In this document: piece by piece, positions 38,089 through 48,084 of the stretch
How the letters are laid out: the number at the start of each line of letters is the position of its first letter
Numbering within the stretch: position 1 is the stretch's first letter
NCBI GenBank assembly: GCA_965222605.1
Contig: OZ244960.1
Span: 992,001 to 1,056,000, forward strand
Source: Candidatus Latescibacterota bacterium
GTDB taxonomy: Bacteria; Latescibacterota; UBA2968
Reading direction: 5' to 3'
DNA: 64,000 nt
The notes under the pieces: generated by a model
Seen by the model: only the letters and a program-made list of their open reading frames with translations
Told to the model about the DNA's origin: nothing
The model's database searches: none
Position numbers and translations under genes: made by a program

Positions 38089-40383
38089 GTGAAAAAATTT
38101 TGTACGTACAGTTTTTTGATCCTCATTGTACTATTGGGCGGGCGCACGGGCGCACAAGAAGGCCCGGTGATTCAGGAGATCCGCATTCGAGGCAATGATT
38201 GGGTTGAGACTTCTTTTATCGAATCCCAAAGCGGTTTATTCAAAGGGCAGAATCTGGTAGAAGGCGAAGCCGCGCGGGTGATTCGCAATCTTTACAAAAG
38301 CGGTCTGTTTTCCGACATCAAAATTTCTGTAGATAAAGTGCCAGGTGGTGTGGCCGTTATTATTGATTTGAAAGCCGTACCGCGTTTGGGTGAGGTGGTT
38401 TTGACGGGCAATCGCGCAATAAAGGATAAGACCCTAAAGCGCGAAGCAAAATTGATTGAAGGCCAGTTGATACGGCAGCGAGAAAAAAAGAGAGCGGTCA
38501 ACAAGTTGGTCGCTCTCTATCGCAAAAAAGGCTATTTGCTCGCCTCAGTGGATGTGAAAGAAGAGGCAGTTGATGAAGATGGGCGATTGCCACTGACCTT
38601 TGAAATTCACGAAGGCGAAAAGGTCAATCTAAAAAAGATCCGTTTTCACGGCAATGCGGCATTGGCCGAAAAGCAACTGCGCAAGCAGATGAAAGAGACC
38701 AAACAAGACAACTGGTGGTTTGGGGGAGGCAAATATAGCAAGGAAACTTATCCCGACGATAAAGAATTGGTTTTGGCCTTTTACCGGCAAAACGGATATC
38801 GGGAAGCGGCAATTGTATCTGATAGTTTGTCCTATGGTCCTATCAAAAAAAATATGTATCTCGATATCACTATCGAAGAAGGGCCGCTTTATCGCTTTGG
38901 CGCAGTGAGCTGGTCGGGCAATGAGAAAATCACAGATGCTGGTTTTTCTCACTTTATTGTAGTCGATTCGGGCGCGGTTTACAACGAGGAGCGCGTCTTA
39001 AAATCGCGAGAGCAATTGCAAAATGCCTATATGGACATCGGGCATATTGGCTCGCAGGTTTTTCCGCAACAAAAACCCATTGAAGGCCACGTCGTCAATG
39101 TGCATTTTGACGTGGTCGAAAAAGATCCGTGGACAATTCGCAAAATTCTGATTACGGGCAATACCAAAACCAAAGACCGCGTGATTCGACGCGAGTTGCG
39201 CGTGCGGCCAGGCGATACGTTTAGCCGCGCACTTTTGGAGCGCAGTGTGCGCGAGGTCATGCAACTCAACTTTTTCACCAATGTGTTGCCCGAGCCTATC
39301 GCGGTAGAAGAAACATCAGAGATTGACCTCGAGTTCACCATAGAAGAAAAATCAACGGGCACGGCGTCTATCGGGGCGGGGTATAGCGAGCGCGACAAGC
39401 TAATTGGCACCATTGGGTTGCAAATTCCCAATTTTAGAGGCAATGGACAACAACTCGATTTCCAGTGGGAGTTTGGATCGCGCCGCGAAACCTTTAGTAT
39501 TGGGTTTACCGAACCGTGGTTCCGCAACACCCCCACGAGTATATCCTCATCGCTGTTCCGAAGCACCATACGACTGGCAACTTATGGCGTGGCTGACTTC
39601 GATCAACGCACAGAGGGCGGTGCGTTTCGCCTCGGTCGCAGGCTGCGCTGGCCCGATTATTCGCGCATTTCTGGAGGGTATCGCCTTGAAAAGGTTGCTT
39701 TTATCAATTTTTCCGATAGTACAGATGTAAGCAATCCCTTTTACGAAGACAATGTGACCAGTAGCATCAGTGCAAACTTGACCCGAGACAGCCGGGATTT
39801 GCCGATTTTTCCCACATCGGGTAGCGTGACCTCCTATTCGCCTGCACTGGCCGGTGGATTTTTGGGCGGTAATAGAGATTTTCTCAAGCACGATATTGTC
39901 ACGAGTTTTTACTTTCCCATATTCTGGCGATTGGCCTTAAATGTGCGGTCGCAATTGGGCTTTGTCGCCAGTTATGGCACCGAGCGTGTCCCGTACCAGG
40001 AGTTGTACACACCGGGCGGCGTTGACATTTTTGAAGGCACCATGTTGCGCGGTTATCCCGACCGTTCAATTGGCCCTCGTGATATTAGGGGTGAGCCAAT
40101 TGGGGGTGTTGCGCAGTTGTTGTTTAACGCAGAGATCAGCATTCCCATTGTACCCAATCAGTTTTATGGTCTCATTTTTGCCGATGCGGGTAATGCCTGG
40201 GAAAATCTGGACCGGATCAGCCTGACGGATATGCGTCGATCGGCCGGTTTTGGCATTCGGATTGTGGCGCCTGTGGTGGGTATTATGGGATTTGATTTTG
40301 CATGGGGATTTGACCGTCGGCGTGTCGATGGTCAATCTGTACAGATGATGACACATTTCCAATTCGGTCCGCAATTTTATTAG
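38089..40383 (+). CDS. bamA: Outer-membrane protein assembly factor BamA
   Basis: POTRA repeats (GNTKTKDRVIRRE), FTEPW, LRGY and a C-terminal barrel signature. Confidence 0.95.
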   Translation: MKKFCTYSFLILIVLLGGRTGAQEGPVIQEIRIRGNDWVETSFIESQSGLFKGQNLVEGEAARVIRNLYKSGLFSDIKISVDKVPGGVAVIIDLKAVPRLGEVVLTGNRAIKDKTLKREAKLIEGQLIRQREKKRAVNKLVALYRKKGYLLASVDVKEEAVDEDGRLPLTFEIHEGEKVNLKKIRFHGNAALAEKQLRKQMKETKQDNWWFGGGKYSKETYPDDKELVLAFYRQNGYREAAIVSDSLSYGPIKKNMYLDITIEEGPLYRFGAVSWSGNEKITDAGFSHFIVVDSGAVYNEERVLKSREQLQNAYMDIGHIGSQVFPQQKPIEGHVVNVHFDVVEKDPWTIRKILITGNTKTKDRVIRRELRVRPGDTFSRALLERSVREVMQLNFFTNVLPEPIAVEETSEIDLEFTIEEKSTGTASIGAGYSERDKLIGTIGLQIPNFRGNGQQLDFQWEFGSRRETFSIGFTEPWFRNTPTSISSSLFRSTIRLATYGVADFDQRTEGGAFRLGRRLRWPDYSRISGGYRLEKVAFINFSDSTDVSNPFYEDNVTSSISANLTRDSRDLPIFPTSGSVTSYSPALAGGFLGGNRDFLKHDIVTSFYFPIFWRLALNVRSQLGFVASYGTERVPYQELYTPGGVDIFEGTMLRGYPDRSIGPRDIRGEPIGGVAQLLFNAEISIPIVPNQFYGLIFADAGNAWENLDRISLTDMRRSAGFGIRIVAPVVGIMGFDFAWGFDRRRVDGQSVQMMTHFQFGPQFY

Positions 40384-40394
40384 AGGTCAGGTGC

Positions 40395-40451
40395 AGCTAT
40401 CAGCCGTCGGGTTCCTCCCATCCCCCTGGATGGGAAGGAGGGCTGATAGCT
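40395..40451. repeat. Nested palindrome with AGCTATCAGCC / GGCTGATAGCT arms
   Basis: Perfect 11-bp outer inverted repeat plus inner tcccatcc/ggatggga stem. Confidence 0.65.
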
Positions 40452-40470
40452 TTATTCACGGAGGGAATTT

Positions 40471-41022
40471 TTGATGACACGCTGTCGCTTACTTTATGTC
40501 GCGCTATCTCTGGCACTAACTGGCATAGCCAGTACTGCTGGCGCGCAGCTAAAGCTGGGGTATATTGATTCGCAAAAAATTTTGGATCAGTACAAGCCCT
40601 ATCAAGATGCTTTGAGAGAATTTAACCGTTACGAAGACGAAATCCAGCGCGAGATGAGCACCATGCAAAACGATCTGGCCAAAATGCAGGATACCTACGA
40701 ACGCCAATCTCTGCTTTTGAGTGACAAACGCAAGCAAGAAGAGCAGCAGGCCATTCTGAAAAAACAGCAGGAACTACAGCGGTTTGTGCAAGACGCCACC
40801 TCTCCACAAGGCCGTCTCGCGCGCAAAACCGCGGAATTGTCCGAACCCATTATTCAAACAGTGAATGCGATTATCAAACAAGTGGCAGAAGACGAAGGCT
40901 TTGATTTTGTGCTCAATTCGACGGCCCTGGCCTATGCGAAAGAGGCACACGATTTGACCGACAAGGTCCTTGAAGCACTTGCCAAAGACCTCGAGGCCAA
41001 AGCGAAAACCGAGGGGCCATAG
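40471..41022 (+). CDS. skp: OmpH/Skp periplasmic chaperone
   Basis: Signal peptide, KLGYIDSQKIL, coiled coil and DLTDKVL; follows bamA. Confidence 0.9.
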   Translation: MMTRCRLLYVALSLALTGIASTAGAQLKLGYIDSQKILDQYKPYQDALREFNRYEDEIQREMSTMQNDLAKMQDTYERQSLLLSDKRKQEEQQAILKKQQELQRFVQDATSPQGRLARKTAELSEPIIQTVNAIIKQVAEDEGFDFVLNSTALAYAKEAHDLTDKVLEALAKDLEAKAKTEGP

Positions 41023-41112
41023 CAAATCATCTATATATGTTGTTTTTTCAAAGTCTCTGATTGACTCCGCGGGGTGATCGGAGACTTTTTAATGTGAACA
41101 TTGGAGGATGCC

Positions 41113-41550
41113 GTGACTCTGGACATTAGAGATATTGAAAAAATTCTTCCGCATCGTTATCCTTTTCTCCTCGTAGATCGCGTAACCGAGTTGGTGCCTG
41201 GCGAACGGCTGGTCGCGTACAAAAATGTGTCGGCTAATGAGCCGTTTTTCCAGGGGCATTTCCCCGGCAATCCCGTGATGCCGGGCGTGCTCATTATCGA
41301 AGCACTGGCTCAGGCCGCTGCAATTTTGATGAGTGATGGACAGGAAAGCGATTTGATCCCATTGTTCATGGGCATTGACAAGGCGCGTTTCCGAAGGCAA
41401 GTTGTACCCGGCGATCAACTTCAGCTAAAAGTCGAAGTAGGCCAAAAACGCCGCAATGTATGCAAAGGGGTTGGCGAAGCCACAGTGGATGGCGAAGTCA
41501 CCGCACAGGCAGAATTGATGGCGATGTTTGCAAAACGCGAGGATTTGTAG
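41113..41550 (+). CDS. fabZ: 3-hydroxyacyl-ACP dehydratase FabZ (stand-alone)
   Basis: [11 protein letters not shown] and FFQGHFP..PVMPGV motifs; GTG after GGAGG. Confidence 0.95.
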   Translation: MTLDIRDIEKILPHRYPFLLVDRVTELVPGERLVAYKNVSANEPFFQGHFPGNPVMPGVLIIEALAQAAAILMSDGQESDLIPLFMGIDKARFRRQVVPGDQLQLKVEVGQKRRNVCKGVGEATVDGEVTAQAELMAMFAKREDL

Positions 41551-41564
41551 CACCAACTCGCCTG

Positions 41565-41612
41565 GCCATAAAAAAACTCGGCACTACACTAAAGGCCGAG
41601 TTTTTTTATGGC
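41565..41612. terminator. Bidirectional intrinsic terminator
   Basis: Perfect 18-bp inverted repeat gccataaaaaaactcggc / gccgagtttttttatggc. Confidence 0.85.
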
Positions 41613-41629
41613 AAATATCCGCACGCCGC

Positions 41630-43501
41630 TCATTTTTCTCTTTCCAAAACTTCCCATTCCTCAAATAAGCGCTCCATTTTCTTTTGAATCTCTTCCTTTT
41701 CTCTTGCCAGTTCTTTCAGGCGGTGCCAGTCGGTAGCGAGGTCTTCCCGCGCCAGTTCTTTGGTTAGCTGATCGGCCTGGTCCTCGAGTGTTGCAATCGC
41801 TTCTTCTATTTCGGCTAAGCGGCGTTCCCGTCTTTGCTCTTGCCGCAGTGCGCGCTTGCGATTTTTATAGTCGGTTTTCGTTTTGGATGCAGTCTGTACG
41901 GTCGGTATTTCTACGCTCTGCATCTGGCGCTGGTAAGCATCGTAATTACCATCTACCAGTTGCCACTTTCCGTCGCCAAGCACGAGCAGGCGATTGACCA
42001 GACGGTTGAGAAAATACCGGTCGTGTGAAACCGCGACCACAGTCCCAGAAAAAGCCTCCAGCGCGCTTTCGAGCACATGGCGCGAGGCGATATCCAGATG
42101 GTTGGTAGGTTCGTCGAGCACCAGCAGATTGAGAGGAATGCGCATGAGTTTGGCCAGAGCAACGCGACTTTGTTCTCCTCCACTGAGCGAACCCGTCTCG
42201 CGCTCCACATCGTCTCCAGAAAAAAGAAAAGCCCCCAGAAAGTTTCTAATCTCGACTTCTGGAACATTGGGCGTGAGCGACCAGATTTCTTCGAGAACGC
42301 TCAAATTGGGATTCAGGTCCTGACGGGTTTGTGCGTAATAACCGATCTCGAGACCTTTGCCCGGAATAACGCGCCCCGAATCAGGCGCGAGTTGTTCTAT
42401 AAAAATTTTTAAGAGTACGGATTTGCCCGAACCATTGGGACCTATAATGCCAAGGTGCTCGCCTCGCCACAATGTGAAGCTGAGATCGGCAAATAGAGGA
42501 CGCTCAGGATAGGCTTTGGTGAGATTTTCAACCTGTATGACGCGATCTCCACCACGTGTAGTCGCGTTAAATTTGAGCGCGATATCGCGTTGTTGCACAA
42601 TGCGTTCTACGCGGTCGAGTTTTTCGAGTGCCCTGCGTCGGCTTTGCGCTTGTTTGGTCTTTTGTCCGGCGATATTTCGGCGGATATACTCCTCGGTTCG
42701 CTCGATATGCGCTTGCTGCGCCCGATAGGCTTTTTGTTGCTGTGCGCGGCGTTGTTCTTTTTCCTGGATATAAAAGGAATAGGTTCCCGAATACTGTTCG
42801 ACCACGCCGCGTTCCAAATCTACAATTTTGGTCACAGTGCGCTCGAGAAAAGTGCGGTCGTGTGAAATGCTGACAAAGGCATTGGCATAATCCGAGAGAA
42901 AGTGCTCGAGCCATTCTATAGCTTGTAGATCGAGATGGTTAGTCGGCTCGTCCAGAAGCAACAGATCGGGTTCTCTCGCGAGCAATTGGGCAAGAACCAG
43001 ACGATTTTTCTGTCCGCCACTGAGCACTTGAGTCGGCAATTTTAGATCGGTTTCGCAAAAACCGAGGCCAAAAAGAATGGCTTTGGCACGGGCTTCTGTC
43101 GCATACCCGCCCATGTGCTCATACTGGTCGCGGAGATGCCCGTAATCATTGAGCACAGCATCGGTATTTTCACCCTGAGCCATGATTTTTTCAAGGTCAT
43201 AGAGGCGGTGTTGCAAAGCCAGAATATCGGCAAAAGCATTGAGTGCCTCGTCCATGACTGTGCATTCTGGATCAAATGTGGGTTCTTGTGTCAGAAATCC
43301 AATACTGAGACCGCGCTGTCTGTGCAGTTGCCCGCTATCGGGCAGGCTTTCTTCGGTTATGAGCCGAAGCAACGTGGTTTTGCCACACCCATTGGGACCG
43401 ACAAGCCCGATGCGATCCCCCGGATCAATTTGCCAATAAATACCAGTGAGCACATCGTATGCGCCGAAAGATTTCCAGATATCTTCGAGTTGAATAATCA
43501 C
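41630..43501 (-). CDS. ABC-F family ATPase (Uup/YheS-like)
   Basis: Two ABC domains (GPNGCGKTT, LSGGQ, DEPTNHLD twice) and a C-terminal coiled coil. Confidence 0.92.
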   Translation of the reverse strand: MIIQLEDIWKSFGAYDVLTGIYWQIDPGDRIGLVGPNGCGKTTLLRLITEESLPDSGQLHRQRGLSIGFLTQEPTFDPECTVMDEALNAFADILALQHRLYDLEKIMAQGENTDAVLNDYGHLRDQYEHMGGYATEARAKAILFGLGFCETDLKLPTQVLSGGQKNRLVLAQLLAREPDLLLLDEPTNHLDLQAIEWLEHFLSDYANAFVSISHDRTFLERTVTKIVDLERGVVEQYSGTYSFYIQEKEQRRAQQQKAYRAQQAHIERTEEYIRRNIAGQKTKQAQSRRRALEKLDRVERIVQQRDIALKFNATTRGGDRVIQVENLTKAYPERPLFADLSFTLWRGEHLGIIGPNGSGKSVLLKIFIEQLAPDSGRVIPGKGLEIGYYAQTRQDLNPNLSVLEEIWSLTPNVPEVEIRNFLGAFLFSGDDVERETGSLSGGEQSRVALAKLMRIPLNLLVLDEPTNHLDIASRHVLESALEAFSGTVVAVSHDRYFLNRLVNRLLVLGDGKWQLVDGNYDAYQRQMQSVEIPTVQTASKTKTDYKNRKRALRQEQRRERRLAEIEEAIATLEDQADQLTKELAREDLATDWHRLKELAREKEEIQKKMERLFEEWEVLEREK

Positions 43502-44316
43502 CTTTTATCGCCTCTCGCGCTATTAAGCACCTGACGCAGATCTTCCGCAGATTGCCGGGCGGCCTCTGCAAAGTCGGTACCACTGGAAGCGTAGAGAATG
43601 CTGCGCGACGAGTTGACGAGAATACCGCTGCCTTTTCTGTTCAGACCATTTTGGACAATTGCATTGGTCTGACCGCCTTGCGTCCCCACACCGGGCAAAA
43701 GGATGGGGAGGTCGGTGGCAATCGCGCGAACAGTTTTTAAGTCGTTGGGATGTGTTGCACCCACAACGAGACCGCAGGGTCCTATTTGCGACCATTCCAC
43801 GGCTTTTTGCGCGAGCACCTCATACAGCACGCCGTGGTCTGTATTGAGGCGCAAAATATCAGCCGACCCGGGATTGGATGTGAGGCACAAAAGGAAGGCA
43901 CAGCCGTTTTGATAAGCCAAAAAAGGATCAATAGCATCTGTTCCCATCAGAGGGTTGACTGTCACTGCATCAACGCCGAGTTGGCGATACGCCATATATG
44001 CATAGTGTTCTGCTGTATTACCAATGTCGCCAGCTTTGAAATCGAGTACAATTGGCATGTCGTTGGGAATAGATTGGATCGCGCCTTGAAGTGCCTCCCA
44101 ACCCGCTATGCCCTGCGCACCAAAAAATGCAAAATTGGGTTTATAAGCACACGCAATATCCCGCGTGGCGGCTATAATTTCCTTGAGAAAAGCGAGTGTG
44201 GGATTGGATTTCCCTTTGAGATATCCGGGAAGCTTTGTCGGATCGGGGTCGAGCCCCACACACACAAAACTATTGTTGCGTTGTACTGTATCGCTGTATT
44301 TTTGAAAAAAAGACAT
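43498..44316 (-). CDS. pyrF: Orotidine-5'-phosphate decarboxylase
   Basis: CVGLDP, YKPN, DFKAGDIGNT, VVGAT and PGVGTQGG motifs. Confidence 0.95.
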   Translation of the reverse strand: MSFFQKYSDTVQRNNSFVCVGLDPDPTKLPGYLKGKSNPTLAFLKEIIAATRDIACAYKPNFAFFGAQGIAGWEALQGAIQSIPNDMPIVLDFKAGDIGNTAEHYAYMAYRQLGVDAVTVNPLMGTDAIDPFLAYQNGCAFLLCLTSNPGSADILRLNTDHGVLYEVLAQKAVEWSQIGPCGLVVGATHPNDLKTVRAIATDLPILLPGVGTQGGQTNAIVQNGLNRKGSGILVNSSRSILYASSGTDFAEAARQSAEDLRQVLNSARGDKR

Positions 44317-44373
44317 TCAATATCTCCATTAAGCAAATGGCGGACCCCTTATGGGAATCCGCCGTTTTTGAAA

Positions 44374-44741
44374 CAAGCGGGCCTGTAAGCCGAGTTCTGT
44401 CGTTTGGTATCCCAAACGGATGGTCATTTATCTGGGACGCCAGTTACCCGACGCCTCTTGCAGCCTACCCGAGCGTAATAGCGAGACGGGCCATCTCTCC
44501 GCTCCTATTCGGCCTTGCTCCAAATGGGGTTTACCGTGCCGCGCTCGTCACCGAGTCGCGCGGTGGGCTCTTACCCCACCGTTTCACCCTTGCCCGCAGC
44601 GCGAGTCATCGCGCCCGCTGGCGGTCTGTTCTCTGTGGCACTTTCCATCGGGTCTCCCCGCCTGGGTGTTACCCAGCATTTTGCCCTGTGGAGCTCGGAC
44701 TTTCCTCATCCCAAAAGGGACGCGACCACCCGGCCCGCTTG
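44374..44741 (-). ncRNA. rnpB: RNase P RNA (bacterial type A)
   Basis: Minus strand: GAGGAAAGTCCGAGCTC, GGAAAGTGCCACAGA, GGTAAACCCC and ACAGAACTCGGCTTAC; complementary ends caagcgggcc/ggcccgcttg. Confidence 0.97.
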
Positions 44742-44749
44742 TAACATTT

Positions 44750-45172
44750 TTATTTTTCAGATGTGTCGGCACTATCTTTTTCTGCAATGCCCCGGTTTGC
44801 CAATCGGTCGGCTTCTTTATTTTGCTCTCGGCGCACATGTTTGATCTGAAAGCCGTCAAAAGTTCTACTCTGCGTTTGGGCAGTTTGATAAAGCGGCAAA
44901 AGTCCCCCGCTTTTGACTTTGTACGTCTCATTCATCTGGCGAACAACGAGTTCGCTGTCGGAAAATATTATCACCCGATTGGCTTTGAACTCTGCGGCTA
45001 TTTTGAGTCCCTTGATCAGTGCGCGATACTCTGCGACATTATTGGTTGTACAGCCAATATATTCACAGTGTTCTGCGAGAAAATCTCCATCTGCTTCAAT
45101 GCGAATGCCAATGCCAGCATGCCCGGGATTGCCCCTGGATGCCCCGTCAATAAATAAGGTCAATTCGGTCAA
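44750..45172 (-). CDS. rnhA: Ribonuclease HI family protein
   Basis: DGASRGNPG, TNNVAEY, SDSELVV and NKEADRLAN motifs. Confidence 0.9.
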   Translation of the reverse strand: MTELTLFIDGASRGNPGHAGIGIRIEADGDFLAEHCEYIGCTTNNVAEYRALIKGLKIAAEFKANRVIIFSDSELVVRQMNETYKVKSGGLLPLYQTAQTQSRTFDGFQIKHVRREQNKEADRLANRGIAEKDSADTSEK

Positions 45173-45891
45173 ACCGCAGCCTCTTCATCACTCCAAACCA
45201 GAAGGCGACCACAATTTTCGCAGCGCATGATACTATCGGCGCGTCTGACTTCCACCAGACGTTGAGGGGATAATCGGCGGTAACAGCCGCCACAGGACCC
45301 TTTGCGAACTGGTACAATGGCAATACCACCTTTAACAACTCTGCGGATGCGATTGTACATGCTTAAAGGACTGTGTTCCACACCCGGTTCGATGGCTGAT
45401 CGCTTCTTTTTCCAGGCACGCACATTTTTCTCTACGGAATTGAGTTTGGCCGTCAATTCGTCAATGCGTTTTTGCCGGTCTTTTTCAATTTCCCGGTAGT
45501 AATTTTTGTCTTCGTGGAGTTTTTCCACAATTTTTTCAACTGTATCGATACTTTCCAAAATGGCGGTTTCGTGTTGGTCCTTGCGATCGTGGAGGGATGC
45601 GATTTCGAGTTGCAAGGCATCGTATTCTTTATTCGTCTTTACATCATAAAGACGGTCCTGGTGTTTTTTCAGGTCTTCTTCTATTGCGCTGAGTTCTCTT
45701 TCGAGTGTCCGGCGATCTTTTTCGAGTTCTTTACTGCGCTGTTGTTGGGCATCGAGTTGACCGCGTGCATCTTGCAGTTCACTTTTGAGACTATTGATTT
45801 CTTCGGGGTAATCGATTTGAGATTGGTGCAACGCGTTGATTTCTTTGTCGATTTCTTGAAGTTTCAGCAAATTAACCAGACTATCTCTCAT
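45169..45891 (-). CDS. Coiled-coil C4 zinc-ribbon protein (DUF164/CT398-like)
   Basis: LQEID start, long coiled coil, CGGC...CENCGR. Confidence 0.88.
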   Translation of the reverse strand: MRDSLVNLLKLQEIDKEINALHQSQIDYPEEINSLKSELQDARGQLDAQQQRSKELEKDRRTLERELSAIEEDLKKHQDRLYDVKTNKEYDALQLEIASLHDRKDQHETAILESIDTVEKIVEKLHEDKNYYREIEKDRQKRIDELTAKLNSVEKNVRAWKKKRSAIEPGVEHSPLSMYNRIRRVVKGGIAIVPVRKGSCGGCYRRLSPQRLVEVRRADSIMRCENCGRLLVWSDEEAAV

Positions 45892-46010
45892 GCGCGAGTC
45901 TCCTTGTGATCGAGAAAAAAGAAAAGGTGCTACCCTGAACAGGTGCACCTTTCTATGGCCGTTTTTGCTACAATTTGAACCTCTTGATCTGTTGAGAAGA
46001 GGCATTGTAA

Positions 46011-46087
46011 TGGTGGGCGATACTGGATTTGAACCAGTGACCTCCGGTATGTGAAACCGGCACTCTAACCAACTGAGCTAATCGCCC
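46011..46087 (-). tRNA. tRNA-Val(CAC)
   Basis: GGGCGAT acceptor stem, CCGGT-TTCACAT-ACCGG anticodon arm, TTCAAAT T-loop and encoded CCA. Confidence 0.95.
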
Positions 46088-46240
46088 AATTTCGCAATAA
46101 TACCGCACAGAACGGCCGACCTATTTTTTTGGAATTAAGAGAAGGACACGAAGTTTCGCAATGCATTTTAATTAACAAAAGATAGTTTGGGATGTCAAGC
46201 CCGATGTGTCATGAAATCAGGCCCTACCCGTACTCCGCAT

Positions 46241-47011
46241 TTACGCATTTTCTTCCAACAGCACAGTATCGGACCGCTGACCTATTGATGGTGGAGCCAT
46301 TAAGCGAACCTGTTGTGCCGTCAAATTTTCATAATCATCGACATTGTAATACGTATTTGCCCACGATGAGTGCCCGGGGCTGTATTTATACAGAAAGGCG
46401 CGCCGCTCGTGATCAGCTGTCCACGGCATAGTTCCATGGACCAACGCCTCTGTAAAAATTAACGCATCCCCCGCGTTCACTTCGGGCTGCACCACGTAGT
46501 GGGGTACCCGTTCATACTCCCGCACATCCTGTGGAATACTGTTCAAAAAATTGGTCTTATGCGTGCCGGGAATACAACAAAACCCACCGTCGCCTTCGTG
46601 TGCAGGTGCCGTAAAAAAGGTCACCACCGTCAACCCGGTTCGAATAACACCATCGCGGTATTTGTACCAGTGATCGCCCTCGCGCCCATTATCGCCCCCG
46701 TGCAATCGCCCTCGCGTGCCACCCTTTTGCATAAAAATGCAGTAATCGTGATCAATTCGCACCTTTGATCCCAAAAATGCCAGCAAATAAGGCATAATCT
46801 TCGGGTGATCCAGCATTTGCTGAAAAGGCATCCCCCACGTTGAGGGCCGTCCCACATTGCGATACCCGCCATTACCATCTACCGCCTTCATCTTCTCATC
46901 GGCAATCGCATTCAGTTCATCAACTTCCCGCTCTGACAATACATTTTTGATGACAATATAGCCATCTAAATCAAATACGAACTTATCTTCAATATCCACC
47001 GATAACTGCAT
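46241..47011 (-). CDS. Phytanoyl-CoA dioxygenase (PhyH) family protein
   Basis: FDLDGYIV, LHGG, GGFCCIPGTHK, HGTMPW and RR motifs. Confidence 0.85.
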   Translation of the reverse strand: MQLSVDIEDKFVFDLDGYIVIKNVLSEREVDELNAIADEKMKAVDGNGGYRNVGRPSTWGMPFQQMLDHPKIMPYLLAFLGSKVRIDHDYCIFMQKGGTRGRLHGGDNGREGDHWYKYRDGVIRTGLTVVTFFTAPAHEGDGGFCCIPGTHKTNFLNSIPQDVREYERVPHYVVQPEVNAGDALIFTEALVHGTMPWTADHERRAFLYKYSPGHSSWANTYYNVDDYENLTAQQVRLMAPPSIGQRSDTVLLEENA

Positions 47012-47202
47012 GCTATACTCCTCTGGATAGGAACACAAAACAATCAGATTTAAAAAAAGATAACTGTCTCAATCCCCCGCGTCAATGGAGTTCCTTAAAG
47101 TGAGGTACCGTAATACAGAATGCTTTGTTCCTTGCATAAGACGATAAACCGAGGTATTTTAAAAAAAACAAAGAGCAAGTGGAATTATTTAAGGATAAAA
47201 AA

Positions 47203-47493
47203 ATGAAACAAACCACTCTTGAAGTGCAGTTTATCCTTCCGATTGAAAACATCTCTAAAAAGCATCAAACGGAGGCCACAAAAAAGGCAAAAGCAGCCTT
47301 TGTGCTTGAACTCCTCCGACAAGGGGCCATCAGTGCTGGCAGAGCCGCAAAACTCCTCAATATTTCTCGATGGGAACTTTCAGAGTTAATGGCTGAAGCC
47401 GGCATCTCCCCTTTTGATGACAGCCTCACCTCAGAAGACTTAGCGGCTGAAGTCAATAGTGCGCTACAGGCTTTCGAGAAACCCACACCATGA
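47203..47493 (+). CDS. UPF0175-family putative antitoxin
   Basis: GAISAGRAAKLLNISRWE HTH-like motif; coupled to a DUF3368-like gene. Confidence 0.8.
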   Translation: MKQTTLEVQFILPIENISKKHQTEATKKAKAAFVLELLRQGAISAGRAAKLLNISRWELSELMAEAGISPFDDSLTSEDLAAEVNSALQAFEKPTP

Positions 47494-47978
47494 AGGTTGT
47501 AGCAAACAGTACCCCATTGATTGAACTCTCAAAAATTAAGCGGTTGGATCTGCTCCGAGATGTATATGGCTCAATCATCATTCCAGAAGAAGTTTACACC
47601 GAAGTAGTCATTGATGGGGCTGGAAAACCTGGGGCAGCAGCAGTGAAAGAAGCCCAGTGAATTCTCTGTAGGTCGGTGATAGACAAAAATCAAGTCCTGA
47701 TACTTCACAACCGCACACTGCTTGATTTAGGCGAATGTGGAGCTATTGTGCTTGCTCAAGAAATTGATGCAGGACAAGTGATTATTGACGACCGCGTTGC
47801 ACGGCGTGTGGCAATTGCCCGGGGATTGCCCATTATCGGTACAATCGGCGTTCTCCTTGTTGCCAAAGCCCGGCACATCATTCCCGATGTCAAACCCATA
47901 CTCGATAATCTTCGGGACCATGGTACGCGAATTAGCCAAAAACTCTATCACCAAACACTCACAACCGCAGGAGAGTAA
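47490..47978 (+). pseudogene. DUF3368-family PIN toxin interrupted by an in-frame TGA
   Basis: MKVVANSTPLI...KEAQ*ILCRS...LDLGE..IIDD..GTIGVL; stop codon at 47658-47660. Confidence 0.8.
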
Positions 47979-48084
47979 TTACAAAAATGCCATCAGAATT
48001 TTCAAGATTAAACGATTCATCAATCACTGAAGGGTATCTTGAATCTCTGACCTGAATGAATTGAATAAACAAAAAGGAGTATCG

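Noticed and set aside
44235-45157. Several overlapping ORFs of 109-245 aa
   Set aside because: Shadows of the RNase P RNA and RNase HI genes.
47658-47690. In-frame TGA with a weak downstream stem as selenocysteine or Trp recoding
   Set aside because: The position appears to correspond to Trp rather than Cys, the stem is weak, and TGA ends many genes here.
46011-47978. tRNA-Val as the attachment site of an island
   Set aside because: No integrase and no duplicated tRNA 3' end were seen; the accessory genes lie on the tRNA's 5' side.
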